A DNA stretch of 64,000 nt, from the NCBI RefSeq assembly GCF_044704955.1, contig NC_091999.1, positions 23,870,001 through 23,934,000 on the forward strand, read 5' to 3'. The notes beneath the pieces were generated by a model. The model made no database searches and was not told the origin of the DNA. It was given only the letters and a program-made list of their open reading frames with translations. This document shows, in pieces, positions 24,648-36,360 of the stretch (its first letter is position 1; each line of letters opens with the position of its first letter). The position numbers and the translations under genes are program-made. The DNA is from Pristiophorus japonicus. Lineage: Eukaryota.

Positions 24648-25801
24648 TTTTATATTTTTAAGTTAATTTGTTTTAATTGCCGGTGCTTTTAGTGTCCCCC
24701 TTCCCTTTTATAGGGGGCACTTGGAAAAAAAATTTGATTCTGTGCCCCAAAAAAAAAAAAATTTAAAAAAGGGACTTGTAAATGTTGGTGTTTCCCACAG
24801 ATCGGGGGGCACGGTTTAATTATTTTGTTTACTCCTAAAAGAGTTTGATGCACAAAGACCAATGGTGGAGCTTTGGAGGCGTGGCCTCTTCACTTGGAGC
24901 TGTGCTGCTGAGAGAGAAGGAACTCCCTGCTTTGCTCCTGTCTGGGATGCCTTGACTGAGCCCTGAGAACAGACCAGGAATAGGAGGAGGAAGGAAGGAG
25001 CTTCATTACCATTTATCCAGAGTGAGAGGAGGAGAGCAGAAGACTGCAACACCATTATTATTCCTACGAAGAGTTCGAGAGAGGGGAAAAAAAAAGAACA
25101 ACAACTTACCAGTGTGGAAGGAGGGAAAGACTTCTTCAACCAGAGGTGGGTGTGTTTTGGTGCATTCCCCAAAAAGACTTTGTTTTATCGGTTGGGGGGA
25201 GGAAAGAAGACCAATTGAGGGCCGGAACATCGCGGTGTGTGTGTGTGTGTGTGTGTGTGTGTTGAAGTGTGTGTGGGGGTCTTGCCTACAGCTAGGCCCA
25301 CACACCACTGAAGCACCCCTCCACCATTGCCTAGCCTGGGATAGCTGGAGCTACCTGGCTGAAGAAACTCAATCACCCTGAATAACATCGTTGGGAGTGT
25401 GTACCTGTGTGGCTCCAGCTGTCCCAGGTGAAGACATCTTCTCCACCCACCCGAAGACCACCCCAAAGACTGTTTTGTTTGACATCTGGGGAGTGCACCC
25501 ACCCATCGCTGTGAGGGGAGACCAGCCCTCGCAGCTTCCCTCTTTTCCACGTCGCCTGGCTCTTTCACTCTTTCTCTGTCTCTCCCCTCTCTCTCTGAGA
25601 GCCTTTCCTCCCAATTGGGAAAAAAAGACAAGAACAATTAAGACAACTGAGCAGAGGGAGCAAGGCCCCTCCCCAATTGCCAACTAGGGGAGAGGTGTGC
25701 CTCTTTCAGAGCTCCCTCTGTTCAAATACTTAAACGAGGCCATTTAAGACCATTAAGGCCTGTGACTTTGGGGTGGGTGTAGGCCTTAAAGGGACCCTGT
25801 G

Positions 25802-27899
25802 ATGGCGACCCCATCCACGCCGGTGGCAGGGCCAGCGAGGACATATGCGCAGGTGGCAACCGCTTCCACGGCACCTCCTGTGCCTCCTGCTGCCCTGCCA
25901 CCATTCAGACTTATAGCCAAGAAACACGGGGTCAAGAGCTACACTCACCCCACAATGAGCATCGAGCAGTGCGTGCGGGCGATGGCTGGGGTAGTCGGCC
26001 ACTCGGCCATTGTTGCAGCCTCCAAGATGTCTGGGAAGGCCGTGTTCTTCCTGGGGTCAGAGCGAGCGGTGTCCCTGGCCATTGAAAAGGGGCTCACGGT
26101 GGGCGGGACGTTCCTGCCGGTGCATCCTCTCGAGGCCACCGCGCAGAGGGTCATCATTTCAAACGTCCCGCCCTTTGTTGCCGCTGAGCTCCTCCTCCCT
26201 CACCTACACCAACTGGGGGAGGTAAGGCCGGGGATCAACCCCATACCGCTCGGCCTCAGGGAGAACAGCCTGCGCCATGTGTTCTCCTTCCGCCATCAGC
26301 TCTTTGTCCGGCTGGCGCGGGAGGAGACGACGGAGGGCTATTTTAATGTGGTGCACGAGGGGACTGCCTACCGCGTCTTCTGGACGTCGGACGGCGTGCG
26401 GTGCCATGCCTGCAGGGAGGTGGGGCACGTTCGCAAGAACTGCCCCGCCTCCAAAGCCGCCAAACCACCGAAGGCGGCAAAGGCTGGTGCCGCCGCCACC
26501 CCTCCCCCGAGTAGCGTCCACGTGCCGGGAGCCGTAGGTGCGCGGGAATCGTCGGAGGCCTTTGTTTTCACGGCCTCCGGCGGGGGGGAGGGAGAGCGTC
26601 CGAGCGGAAAGAAGGCACGGAAGAAGACGAAACATCTAGAGGCGGGACCCCTCAGTGCGCCAGACAATCTGTTTACCGCGCTCGGGCCAACCCCGTCACC
26701 GGCGAGCGCGGGGTGCCCTGAGCCCGTGCCAGAGCCCTTGACCAGTATCACAGAGGCGCTCGGGCGCGGGCAAGAAAAGAAAAAGGCGGGGGTGGAGCGG
26801 GAGGCCTCGGCAGACATGAAGGTCTCCCTGCCTCCACGCCCTCCCAGGAACAAAAGGAGGTGCGGCTCCAATGAGGCGGAGGGGGAACAACATCCCTCCG
26901 CGGAGGAGTCGGTGCCCGCCGCGTGTCCCGCGTCCCCCACCAGAGCCCCCAAATTGCGCTGTAGGCGCGAGGAATCTGTACCCGGGGAGGGTGAGGCAGT
27001 CGAGGCTGCCCGGCCTCTGCCTCCCGGGGATGGCGTGAATGATCTGCCTGTCGTGGGGGGCGTGGGGCCAGCGGTGGAATGCGTAGCCGCCGGGTCGAGC
27101 GTGCCCGGGACTGAGGCAGCCGGGGCCGAACAGGCCGAACCTGAGCCCGCCCAGCTATTAATTATCTGCCCCCTAGAGTCGCTCGGCCCGGAAGAAACTG
27201 AAAATGGATTAATTTTAACGATTCTGTACACGCTGGGCCGGGGGGGTGGCGGCGGGGAGGGGGAAGAACAACAACCTTCGCCACCTACTTTGGAGCTGGG
27301 GTACTTGGTGGACCTGGAACATTACTTTGACCAGGTCTCTCCGTGTTCCCCGGTTCCTGGGGCGGAGGAGGAACCCCTTCCGCTGTCGCTTCCCGACCCA
27401 GTACCAATTTTACAAGAGCCCAGTGGGGACTCCTCTGCCGACGATCCTGGGGGTGGGATCGGGGCAGAGCCGGGGCCAGATGGAGCGGCCGGGCCGTTTG
27501 CCGTACCTCGTGCGGTCGACGGGCCGGCTGCTGACGGCGACCTCCCGGAGGAGGACGGGGACTCGGTGGGGGACGCGGGTGAAGATCTCGAGTCCATCGC
27601 CAGTGAGGCGGTGGATCTCCTCGTGACCGCCGCTGATTCCCCCGTCATTCCCGTAGAGGAACTCCGGGACTTTTTGGTCCAGAGCCAGGGTCGCCGCAAC
27701 CAAACCCATCTGGCCCGGGAAAGATGATCCGAGCTGGGGCTGCTCATCGCTTCCGTCCGCACCGCCACTAAAACCATGGCCGCGGGCGGGCCCTTACTAA
27801 AGGCGCAAGGCCTTGAGCTGCGCCGGCTCAAAAGGTTCCTCGCTGGGCTGCTGAAGGAGTGGAGGTCAACAAACGACTCCACTCCCCCCGCCACAATAG
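25802..27899 (+). pseudogene. Tx1-like ORF1 unit 3 (premature TGA 27725-27727)
   Basis: 642-aa open frame with CCHC knuckle, then TGG>TGA. Confidence 0.85.
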
Positions 27900-27929
27900 G
27901 TTAGGTCGAGGTTGCACTATGCTTTTGTC

Positions 27930-30900
27930 ATGAAGATAACCATAGCCAGCCTCAACATCAACGGCAGCAGAGAGGCACGCCGTAGATTTAACAATTTTTC
28001 GCTCCTGCGGGAGGGGAAATATGCGGTGTGCTTCCTGCAAGAAACCCACACCTTTCCGGGAGACGAAGCCACGTGGCTCCTGGAATGGCAAGGAGAGGTC
28101 CTGATGAGCCACCTCACTGCCACTTCTAGTGGGGTGGCCATCTTGCTGGCCCCGCATTTTCAGCCGGAGATCTTGGGGGTCGAGGAGCCCATGCCAGGCC
28201 GCTTGCTGCACGTAACGGTTCGCCTGGGGGACGTGCCGCTCCATCTCGTGAACGTGTACGCCCCTCAGCCCGGCCCGCAGCAAACGCGCTTCTTCGAAGA
28301 GGTGTCCGCTCTTCTTGGCTCCGTCGACGTCGGCGACTGCATTGTCCTCGGGGGGGATTTTAACTGCACCCTCGAGGCGAGGGACGGCTCCGGTGCCCCG
28401 CAGTGCATGACGGCGATGGAGAAGTTGTGGGACCTGGTCGGGTCCTTCGACTTGGTGGACGTCTGGCGAAATCTCCACCCCGACCCCAGCGCCTTTACTT
28501 GGGTGAGGCTTGGAGTTGGATGGTCCACAGTCGACCGCCTTTACGTGTCTCGGGGGTACGTTTCCTGTGTCCCGGCGGCCTCCATGCGGCTGGTGCCGTG
28601 TTCGGACCACCACTTGGTGTGGGCGGAGCTCGCTTCGCTCCGCGCGAGGACGGGGTCCGCGTACTGGCACTTTAACAACCAGCTGCTGGAGGACGTGCGG
28701 TTCCAGGACTCGTTCCGTCGTTTCTGGTCCGACTGGAGAAGGAGGCAGGGGGGCTTCCCCTCCTTGAGGCTATGGTGGGACGTGGGCAAGGCTCACGTCC
28801 GCGTCTTCTATCAAGAGTACGCGAGGGATTCGACCAAGAGGCGGGCGGCCAGGGTCGGGCGTCTAGAAAAAGAGGTGCTCGACCTGGAAGCCCATCTCGG
28901 TCAAGTCGTCGGGGACCCGGCCCTGCGGACGGTGTACGAAGCGAAGAAGGCCCCGCTAAATGACCTGCAGCTCGTCGGGTCCCGAGGCGCGTTCGTGAGG
29001 TCACGGATCCGGTTCCTGCGGGATCTGGACCGCGACTCCCCCTTCTTCTACTCGCTGGAAAAAAGGCAGAGTGTCCGTAAGCAGCTCTTGACGCTGCTGG
29101 CCGACGACGGCTCTATCTCGGATCCGGAGGGCGTCAACAACAGGGCCCGTGAATATTACGGGGCCCTGTTCTCTCCGGAGCCGTCCAGTGAGGAAGCGCG
29201 TAGAGTTTTGTGGGAGGACCTGCCGAAGGTCAGCCCGGAGGGCGCCGAAAATCTGGAAGCTCCGCTAAGCCTGGCGGAGCTGACCGGCGCCCTCGACCGG
29301 CTCTCGAGGGGAAAATCCCCGGGGCTGGACGGGCTAACCGTGGAGTTCCACAGGGCGTTCTGGGACGTCCTGGGGGGCGACTACGCGCGGGTCCTGGGGG
29401 AAAGTCTGGCGACCGTGGAGATGCCCCTCTTTTGGCGCAGGGCAGTCATCGTCCTGCTGCCTAAGAAGGGTGATCTCCGCTGCCTTAAGAACTGGTGCCC
29501 GGTCTCCCTCCTCAGCACGGACTACAAAATCTTCGCCAGGGCGATGTCTGCTTGTCTTGGTGCCGTGCTGGACCACATGATCTATCCCGACCAGTCCTAC
29601 ACGGTCCCGGGCCGTCAATCCAGGATAACATCCATCTGGTCCGGGACATCATCCATTATTCCAAGGAGGCTGGTCTGTCGGTCGCCTTCCTATCTCTCGA
29701 CCAAGAGAAGGCGTTCGACAGGGTGGATCATGACTATCTGCTCGGAACTCTGCGCGCTTTCGGCTTCGGGACGCATTTCGTCGCCCGGATCCGACTTTTG
29801 TACACCGCCGCGGAGTGTCTGATTAATGTTAACGGGTCCTTGACGGCGCCCCTTCGCTTTGGGAGAGGGGTGCGCCAGGGATGCCCCATGTCCGGCCAGT
29901 TATACGCCGTTTGCGTGGAGCCTTTCCTGCGCCTCTTGCGGACGAGGTTGACGGGACTGGCTCTGCAAGGGCCGTGCGTGGAGTTCGTCCTCTCGGCTTA
30001 TGCCGATGACGTGCTCCTCATGTAGAGGATCCCGCTGACCTGCGGAGAATGCGTGAGTGCCAGGAGATTTACTCGGCCGCATCCTCCGCCAGAATCAACT
30101 GGGAGAAATGTTCCGGACTCCTGGTGGGTCAGTGGCGGGTGGACTCCCTGCCGGAGGAGCTCAGGACTTTTGCCTGGAGCACGACCCATCTCCTCTATCT
30201 GGGAGTCTACCTTAGCCCGGACGAGGAAGTGTGGGTGGCGAACTGGCAGGAGCTGGAGGCCAAGGTCGCCGCTCGCCTAGGGCGCTGGACAGGACTGCTC
30301 CGAGTGCTGTCCTGCAGGGGTCGAGTGCAAGTCATAAACCAGCTTGTGGCCGCCATGTTGTGGTACCGGCTGGTCACTTTGACCGCTCCACCTGCGTTTG
30401 TCGCCAAGATACAGAAGAAGCTGGTGGACTTCTTCTGGAACAACAGGAAGCACTGGGTCTCTGCCGCGGTCTTGAGTCTCCCGCTTGGGGAGGGCGGTCA
30501 GTCGTTGGTGTGCGTCAGCGCCCAGCTTGCTACTTTCCATCTTCAGACACTGCAGAGATACGTTTACGTCGAGCCCCCTCCTAGATGGCGTGCTCTGGCG
30601 ACGTATTTCTTCCGCCAGCAGCGCGACCTCAATTACGACATGCAGCTCCTGTTTGTGAGTGTGGGGGGCGTCAGGACCGCCCTCCGGGAGCTGCCTGTCT
30701 TTTACAAGGAACTCATCAGGGTCTGGAACAAAGTCTCCACCAAACGCAGCTCTCCACCGGCTGGAGTGGCGGCCGTCCTGCAGAAGCCACTGCTCGGGAA
30801 TCCGTACCTCCACGACCGAGGTTTTAGGTGGCGGTCGGATGAGAGGGCTTTGGCTGGTGAGGTGACCAGGGTCAGGGACCTGCTCGATGGCGGAGGAGCG

Positions 30901-31823
30901 GCTTGGATGGCGCCAGACACGCTGGCGTGGCGCCTAAATTCTGCCAACGTCCGCCGCGCGGCTGATGCCATCGAGTCGTTAAAAACAGCTCTGGGCCCCG
31001 ACTCCATTAGGTGCATCGAGGAGGCTCAAGCATGCGGGGAGATCCCATCCGAACTGACCCCCGTCCGGACGGAATTCCTCATCGGCGCCAAACCCCGGAA
31101 CCTCCCTCGGGGCCGGCGCCTCACAACTTGAGCCGCCTCGGGGAAATCCCCTCCGTGCCTTTCAGTTCCGCGCGGAGGGGTTTCCTGTACGGGCTGCTCC
31201 TACACACTCTCAACTTTGCCATCCTTGCCTGCCGTCTGGACACGCCATTGCGGACCATCTTGCCGTCCAGAGGAGGCAGGGGATCCTGATGGAGGGCACT
31301 CTACGCAGGGTTCCTCCCACTATTTGCCGGGGACTTGGCCTGGAGGGTGATGCACGGAGCAGTGCCGAGCAATAAATTTTTAAGCCGGTTCACGGGCTCC
31401 CAGGCCGCCTGCAATTTCTGCGGTCTGGAAGAGTCCGTGTTCCATGTTTTTATTGAGTGCACGAGGTTGCAGCCTCTGTTTTGTTATTTAAAGGGGCTGC
31501 TCCTGAAATTCTGGCTGCACTTCAGTCCCACTCTCCTGATCTTCGGGCACCCTGTGCGGAGGGGAGCGGGTAGGTCCGAGGGCCTCCTCGTAGGACTGCT
31601 CCTGGGCACGGCCAAGGGGGCCCTCAGCCGGTCCAGGCAGCAGGCGGTCGAGGGGGTCGTTCAGCCAGACTGCCTGCCTCTCTTCCGCGCATACATCCGG
31701 TCAAGGGTGTCCCTGGAGATGGAGCATGCGGTGTCCACCGGTACACTCGTTGCCTTCCGCAAGAGGTGGTCACCAGAGGGACTGGAGTGCATCATCACGC
31801 CCGGCAACCAAATTTTAACTTGA
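27930..31823 (+). pseudogene. Tx1-like ORF2 unit 3 (APE-RT-ZnF), frameshifted
   Basis: SLNING, LQETH, NVYAP, GGDFN, DRLY, SDHH; RT QGCPMS/YADD; C-terminal CNFC..H..C. Confidence 0.9.
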
Positions 31824-32003
31824 TTTCATATTTTTAAGTTAATTTGTTTTAATTGCCGGTGCTTTTAGTGTCCCCCGCCCCTTTTATAGGGGGCACTTGG
31901 AGAAAAAATATGCTTTTGTGCCAAAAATAAACCTTGTAAATGTTGGTGTTTCCCCCAGATCGGGGGGCACGGCTTAATGTTTTTTGTTTGCTCCTAAAAG
32001 AGT

Positions 32004-33232
32004 TTCATGCACAAGGACCCCCAAGTCCCTCTGCATCGCAGCATGTTATAATTTCTCCCCATTCAAATAATATTCCCTTTTGCTGTTTTTTTTCCCTCAA
32101 GGTGGATGACCTCACACTTTCCGACATTGAATTCCATCTGCCAAATCTTAGCCCATTCTCTAACCTATCTAAATTTCTTTGCAGCCTCTCTGTGTCCTCT
32201 GCACAACCCGTTTTCCCACTAATCTTTGTGTCATCTGCAAATTGTGTTACACTATACTCTGTCCCCTCTTCCAGGTCATCTATATATATTGTAAACAGTT
32301 GTAGACCCAGCCCCGATCCCTGTGGCACACCACTAACCAGCGATTTCCGACCCAAAAAGGACCCATTTATCGCGACTCTCTGCTTTCTGTTAGCCAGCCA
32401 ATTTTCTATCCATGCTAATACTTTTCCTCTGACTCCACGTGCCTTTATCTTCTGCAGTAACCTTTTGTGTGGCACCTAATCGAATGCCTTTTGAAAATCT
32501 AAATACAGCACATCTATCGGTACACCTGTATCCACCATGCTCTTTATATCCTCAAAGAATTCCAGTAAATTAGTTAAACATGATTTCCCCTTCATGAATC
32601 CATGCTGTGTCTGCTTGATTGCACTATTCAAATCTAGATATCCCGCTCTTTCTTCCTTAATGATAGTTTCAAGCATTTTCCCCACTACAGATGTTAAACT
32701 AACCGGCCTTTAGTTACCTGCCTTTTGCCTGCCCTCTTTTTTAAACAGAGGTGTTACATTAGCTGCGTTCCAATCCGCTGGTACCTCCCCAGAGTCCAGA
32801 GAGTTTTGGTGGATTTTAACGAATGCATCTGCTATAACTTCCACTATCTCTTTATCCCTGCGATGCATTTCATCAGGACCGGGGGACTTTTCTACCTTGA
32901 GTCCCATTAGCCTGTCCAGCACTACCCCACTAGTGATAGTGATTATCTCAAGGTCCTCCCTTCCCACATTCCTTTAACCAGCAATTTCTGGCATGGTTTT
33001 TGTGTCTTCCACTGTGAAGACCGAAGCAAAATAATTGTTTAAGCTCTCAGCAATTTCCACATTTCCCATTATTAAATCGCCCTTCTCATCCTCTAAGGGA
33101 CCAACATTTACTTTAGAAACTCTTTTCCGTTTTACATATCGGTAAAAGCTTTTACTATCCGTAATCATGTTTTGCGCAAGTTTACCTTTGTAATCTATCT
33201 TTCCTTCCTTTATTGCTTTCTTAGTCGTTCTT
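32004..33232 (-). mobile_element. CR1 LINE, upstream part of the copy split by the Tx1 array (5'-truncated)
   Basis: RT motifs KSPGPD, QHGFMKGKSCLTNLLEFF, DFQKAFD, SGVPQGS, FADDTK; ends at DLGVLVHE, which continues at 12314. Confidence 0.95.
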
Positions 33233-33284
33233 GTCAATGAGAATGTCTCGATTGCATTTCAGTTCTTAACTAAAAAACAATAAA
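33229..33284 (+). pseudogene. IGHM: Remainder of IgM secretory tailpiece (S-C-Q-stop) and poly(A) signal
   Basis: TCT TGT CAA TGA 33229-33240 directly at the CR1 5' junction; AATAAA 33279-33284. Shark mu tails end ..MDT.NSCQ. Confidence 0.8.
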
Positions 33285-34189
33285 GGGCTTTTCTTCCATC
33301 GTGAGTTAAACACACAGCCGCTCAATTAATTATGTTTCCTATTTTGACCAATGTGAGGGCTGTTTATCTGAAGTAGGGTGTTTGCGGATCTTGGTCCCAA
33401 GGCTTGTACAGCCAGCGCTCCCAGCTCAGATACAGCATGAGTTAGAAACTGGGTGGAGTTCTCTCATTACAGGATTCCTGAAGGTAACTTCAGCTGAGAG
33501 GGAGTAAAGGGTAATTTTAACTCACTGTACCTCTCACACGCACCAGCGAGAGGAGAAAGGGAAACGTGTAATTCATGTAACCCCCACTGCCCCTCCTGCA
33601 GGGAGATGGGAAGTGAACCACTCTCTTTTTAATGCACTAAGTTGCCATCGTACATTCTAACCCATGATCTAAAAATTTTAAACTTGCCATATGAGTATTA
33701 TATTCTGAAATAACTATTTATTCCACGTAATATTTTTAAATAGGGTTGGGGGTGCAACAGTCAATGTTAATTGTAAACTAACATGTTGAATTCTAATGGG
33801 CCATGTCTCAACTGGTGACTGAATCCTCTGCGGGTTTCTCACAGTTGTGTCCCTGATGTTGCTGAAGCCCATCGGTTGAATTGTTGCAATCGTTCGGCTG
33901 ATGTCACATTGCGCCTCACACAGAACACATTTACACAGAGCGGAGGAGAATACATGTGAAAGTGAGTTTGTGTGTGTTCACATGTAAGTGTTTTGATGAT
34001 TTTGTATAAGTTTGTGTTTTTGTGTAAGTGCACAATTACACATGAACACACAAAGACTTACATATAAAGACATACTAACAACCTGAAACATAATATTATA
34101 CATAACTAGAATATAATGAAAACCATCATTGTCAAATCCAGTTATTGGTACTCTCTGAAACTTTGAACAAAACAATAATACACGTCAAT

Positions 34190-34930
34190 CGAAACGCACA
34201 CTAACACAACGGAAACTTATACACACTTACACAAGCATAGACACACATATCAATCCAGACACGCATACACAAAACACACTTACACACATTTACACACATA
34301 TCAACACATATATCAATCTACACACACATTTACACAAAGCACACACACACTTACACACACATAAACACACACATCAATCCACACACACACACTTACACAA
34401 AACACATTTATACACACTTACACACAATAAAACACACACATCTACCCACACACACACTTGCAAAAACACACTTACACACACATCAATCCACACACACACT
34501 TACACAAAACACAAAAACAGACTTACACACAGGTAAATACACACGTCAATCCACACACAGACTTGCACAAAACACACACACACTCGTAAACAAATGCATC
34601 AAATCAAATACAGATTTACACAAAACACACACACGCTTGCATGCAAACACACTATTGCACTTATACACACACATCAAAACACACACTTACACGAAACATA
34701 CACACACAAACACTCACCAAACATGAACAACATTGAGACATAACCATACACTTACAGGAAAACACATACCTCAACACAATTACACAAGCATTGACATGCC
34801 TATAAATCCAAACACAAACTAACACAAAACACACACACACACACACTTACATGTGAACACAATGTTACACGAAAACTCACACACACTTACACCTCAACAT
34901 AAACAAACATTTCGACATAACCACATATAC
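34190..34930. repeat. CA-rich low-complexity / degenerate (CA)n tract
   Basis: Interrupted ACAC runs. Confidence 0.9.
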
Positions 34931-35231
34931 ATTTACAAACATGAACAAAGCATAATTTTAAAATTGAGTCATTATTATTTTATCCATTTTTGTAACTGCT
35001 GATAAAGCTTCATTTAGAAATACAAAGATCAAGGCCAAAATTATTAATCAATAACATAAAGGTATACATTGCGTACCAGTTCTTGTCATATTTTTGTAAA
35101 GCCACCCTCAGTAATGAATTCTGTGTGACCATGGTCTGTATAATTGTTCTCAGAGAAGTGATTCCTGCCACAGAGAGGGAGGGAGATAGAGATAACATAG
35201 AAAGTCAAAGGCAGTAGATAATATGAACTAC

Positions 35232-36360
35232 TGTAAGGCTACAACAGCTGTAAATTTTCACAGCTTTTGAATGGGAGAAAAATGGTATAAAGTAACAGCT
35301 CTTCTACTCAGAAGGCAGTGCGAATCAAGCGAACAGGAGATAAGGAGTCGGCACCACGGTCAGCTCGAGAGGACGCTATCGAGAATTAGACTGTGACTAT
35401 AATTTGTTAAGTATTACTTTTTGTAACAGAATGTAATTTACTTGATAAAACACTGTTTTTACTCACTATACCTGTATTACACGTATTTGGTATGATCTGA
35501 ACAAGAGTCTCCCAGTTTGAATTAATTATATACCCTGGAAATAGCTGAATTGCTATAGTTAGCAAAGCGGCAAAAAGCTGCTCATTGGTTAAAAACTACA
35601 TCTGGCGACCACGAAGGAACAAAACAAAGAGATATTGAACAAAATGCAATATACTCAATAATCAAGTTAATTGGGAACTCTTGTAATTTTTTCTCTCTAT
35701 TTGAAAACAAGTTCTTGTGTGTCACCAGCAGATGCAAGGCAGATCAAATCTTGTGTAAGGTTGATTTACGTCAACTGCTAGTGACTGTTATCTTCATTAA
35801 GGGAGCTTACTTAAAAATAATTAATTTTCAGATGCCGGAGGAGTGTCTCTTGGAAGAGTCTCTTGGAAAAGTTAGAAAAAAGATGTGACGAAACGCAAGT
35901 GCAGACACTGTTGCTAGATTGCCTCGGGAAGAATCCGAATGTATCCCTTCAGGATACGGTCACTTTTATTGATGAACAGATTAAAGCTAAGAAATGGAAG
36001 CTGGGTAAGGCGATGAGTTAAGTCACCTATGCAGCTTCGTACTTCGCAGGACGTCAATCAAAGGTCAAGAAAGAATTAGAGGATAAAATATCAGAACTGG
36101 AAAAAAAAATTCGGCTAAGAATGAAGAATTGCAGAAAATAGATTCAGACATTAAACAGAAAATTGTGAATTTGCAGAGTCAATTTGCCTCAGCTACTGCA
36201 GTAATGCAACAGCAGAGTATCAATGCAATTCACGTAGGGGCTGCAATGTAAACAATTAGGAAATCTTGAGATTTAAAAAGAAGATCTAAGCAGAGAGAAT
36301 AACCGTCTCACCAAACAATGAGATGTATCATGGGGAACAATGATGGAGGCTTTGCATCGA
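35232..36360 (+). mobile_element. LTR-retroelement relic A: LTR (~35232-35600), tRNA-Arg PBS, degraded gag-like start
   Basis: TGTAAG...CTACA termini; PBS TGGCGACCACGAAGG 35603-35617 complementary to the tRNA-Arg 3' end; A-rich remnant follows. Confidence 0.6.

Larger units (their letters stand above)
17729..24844 (+). mobile_element. Tx1-clade non-LTR retrotransposon unit 2 (full length ~7.1 kb, degenerate)
   Basis: Disrupted ORF1 (start ATG>AAG at 18644) and ORF2 with APE, RT (NWRPVSLL, DQEKAFD, QGCPMS, YADD) and a C-terminal CCHC. Confidence 0.92.
24861..32003 (+). mobile_element. Tx1-clade non-LTR retrotransposon unit 3 (full length ~7.1 kb)
   Basis: Same architecture as unit 2; longest intact ORF2 segment is 636 aa. 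Confidence 0.92.

Noticed and set aside
14020-31016. Many long antisense and alternate-frame ORFs (up to 494 aa) in the Tx1 units
   Set aside because: Shadow ORFs of GC-rich coding sequence; lengths are not conserved between units and they have no motifs.
35010-35198. Minus-strand exon-like stretch with acceptor and hydrophobic WYAMYTFMLL as an Ig TM exon
   Set aside because: Wrong strand for the IgM gene and lacks the conserved mu TM pattern (TFxxLFxLSxxY..VK).
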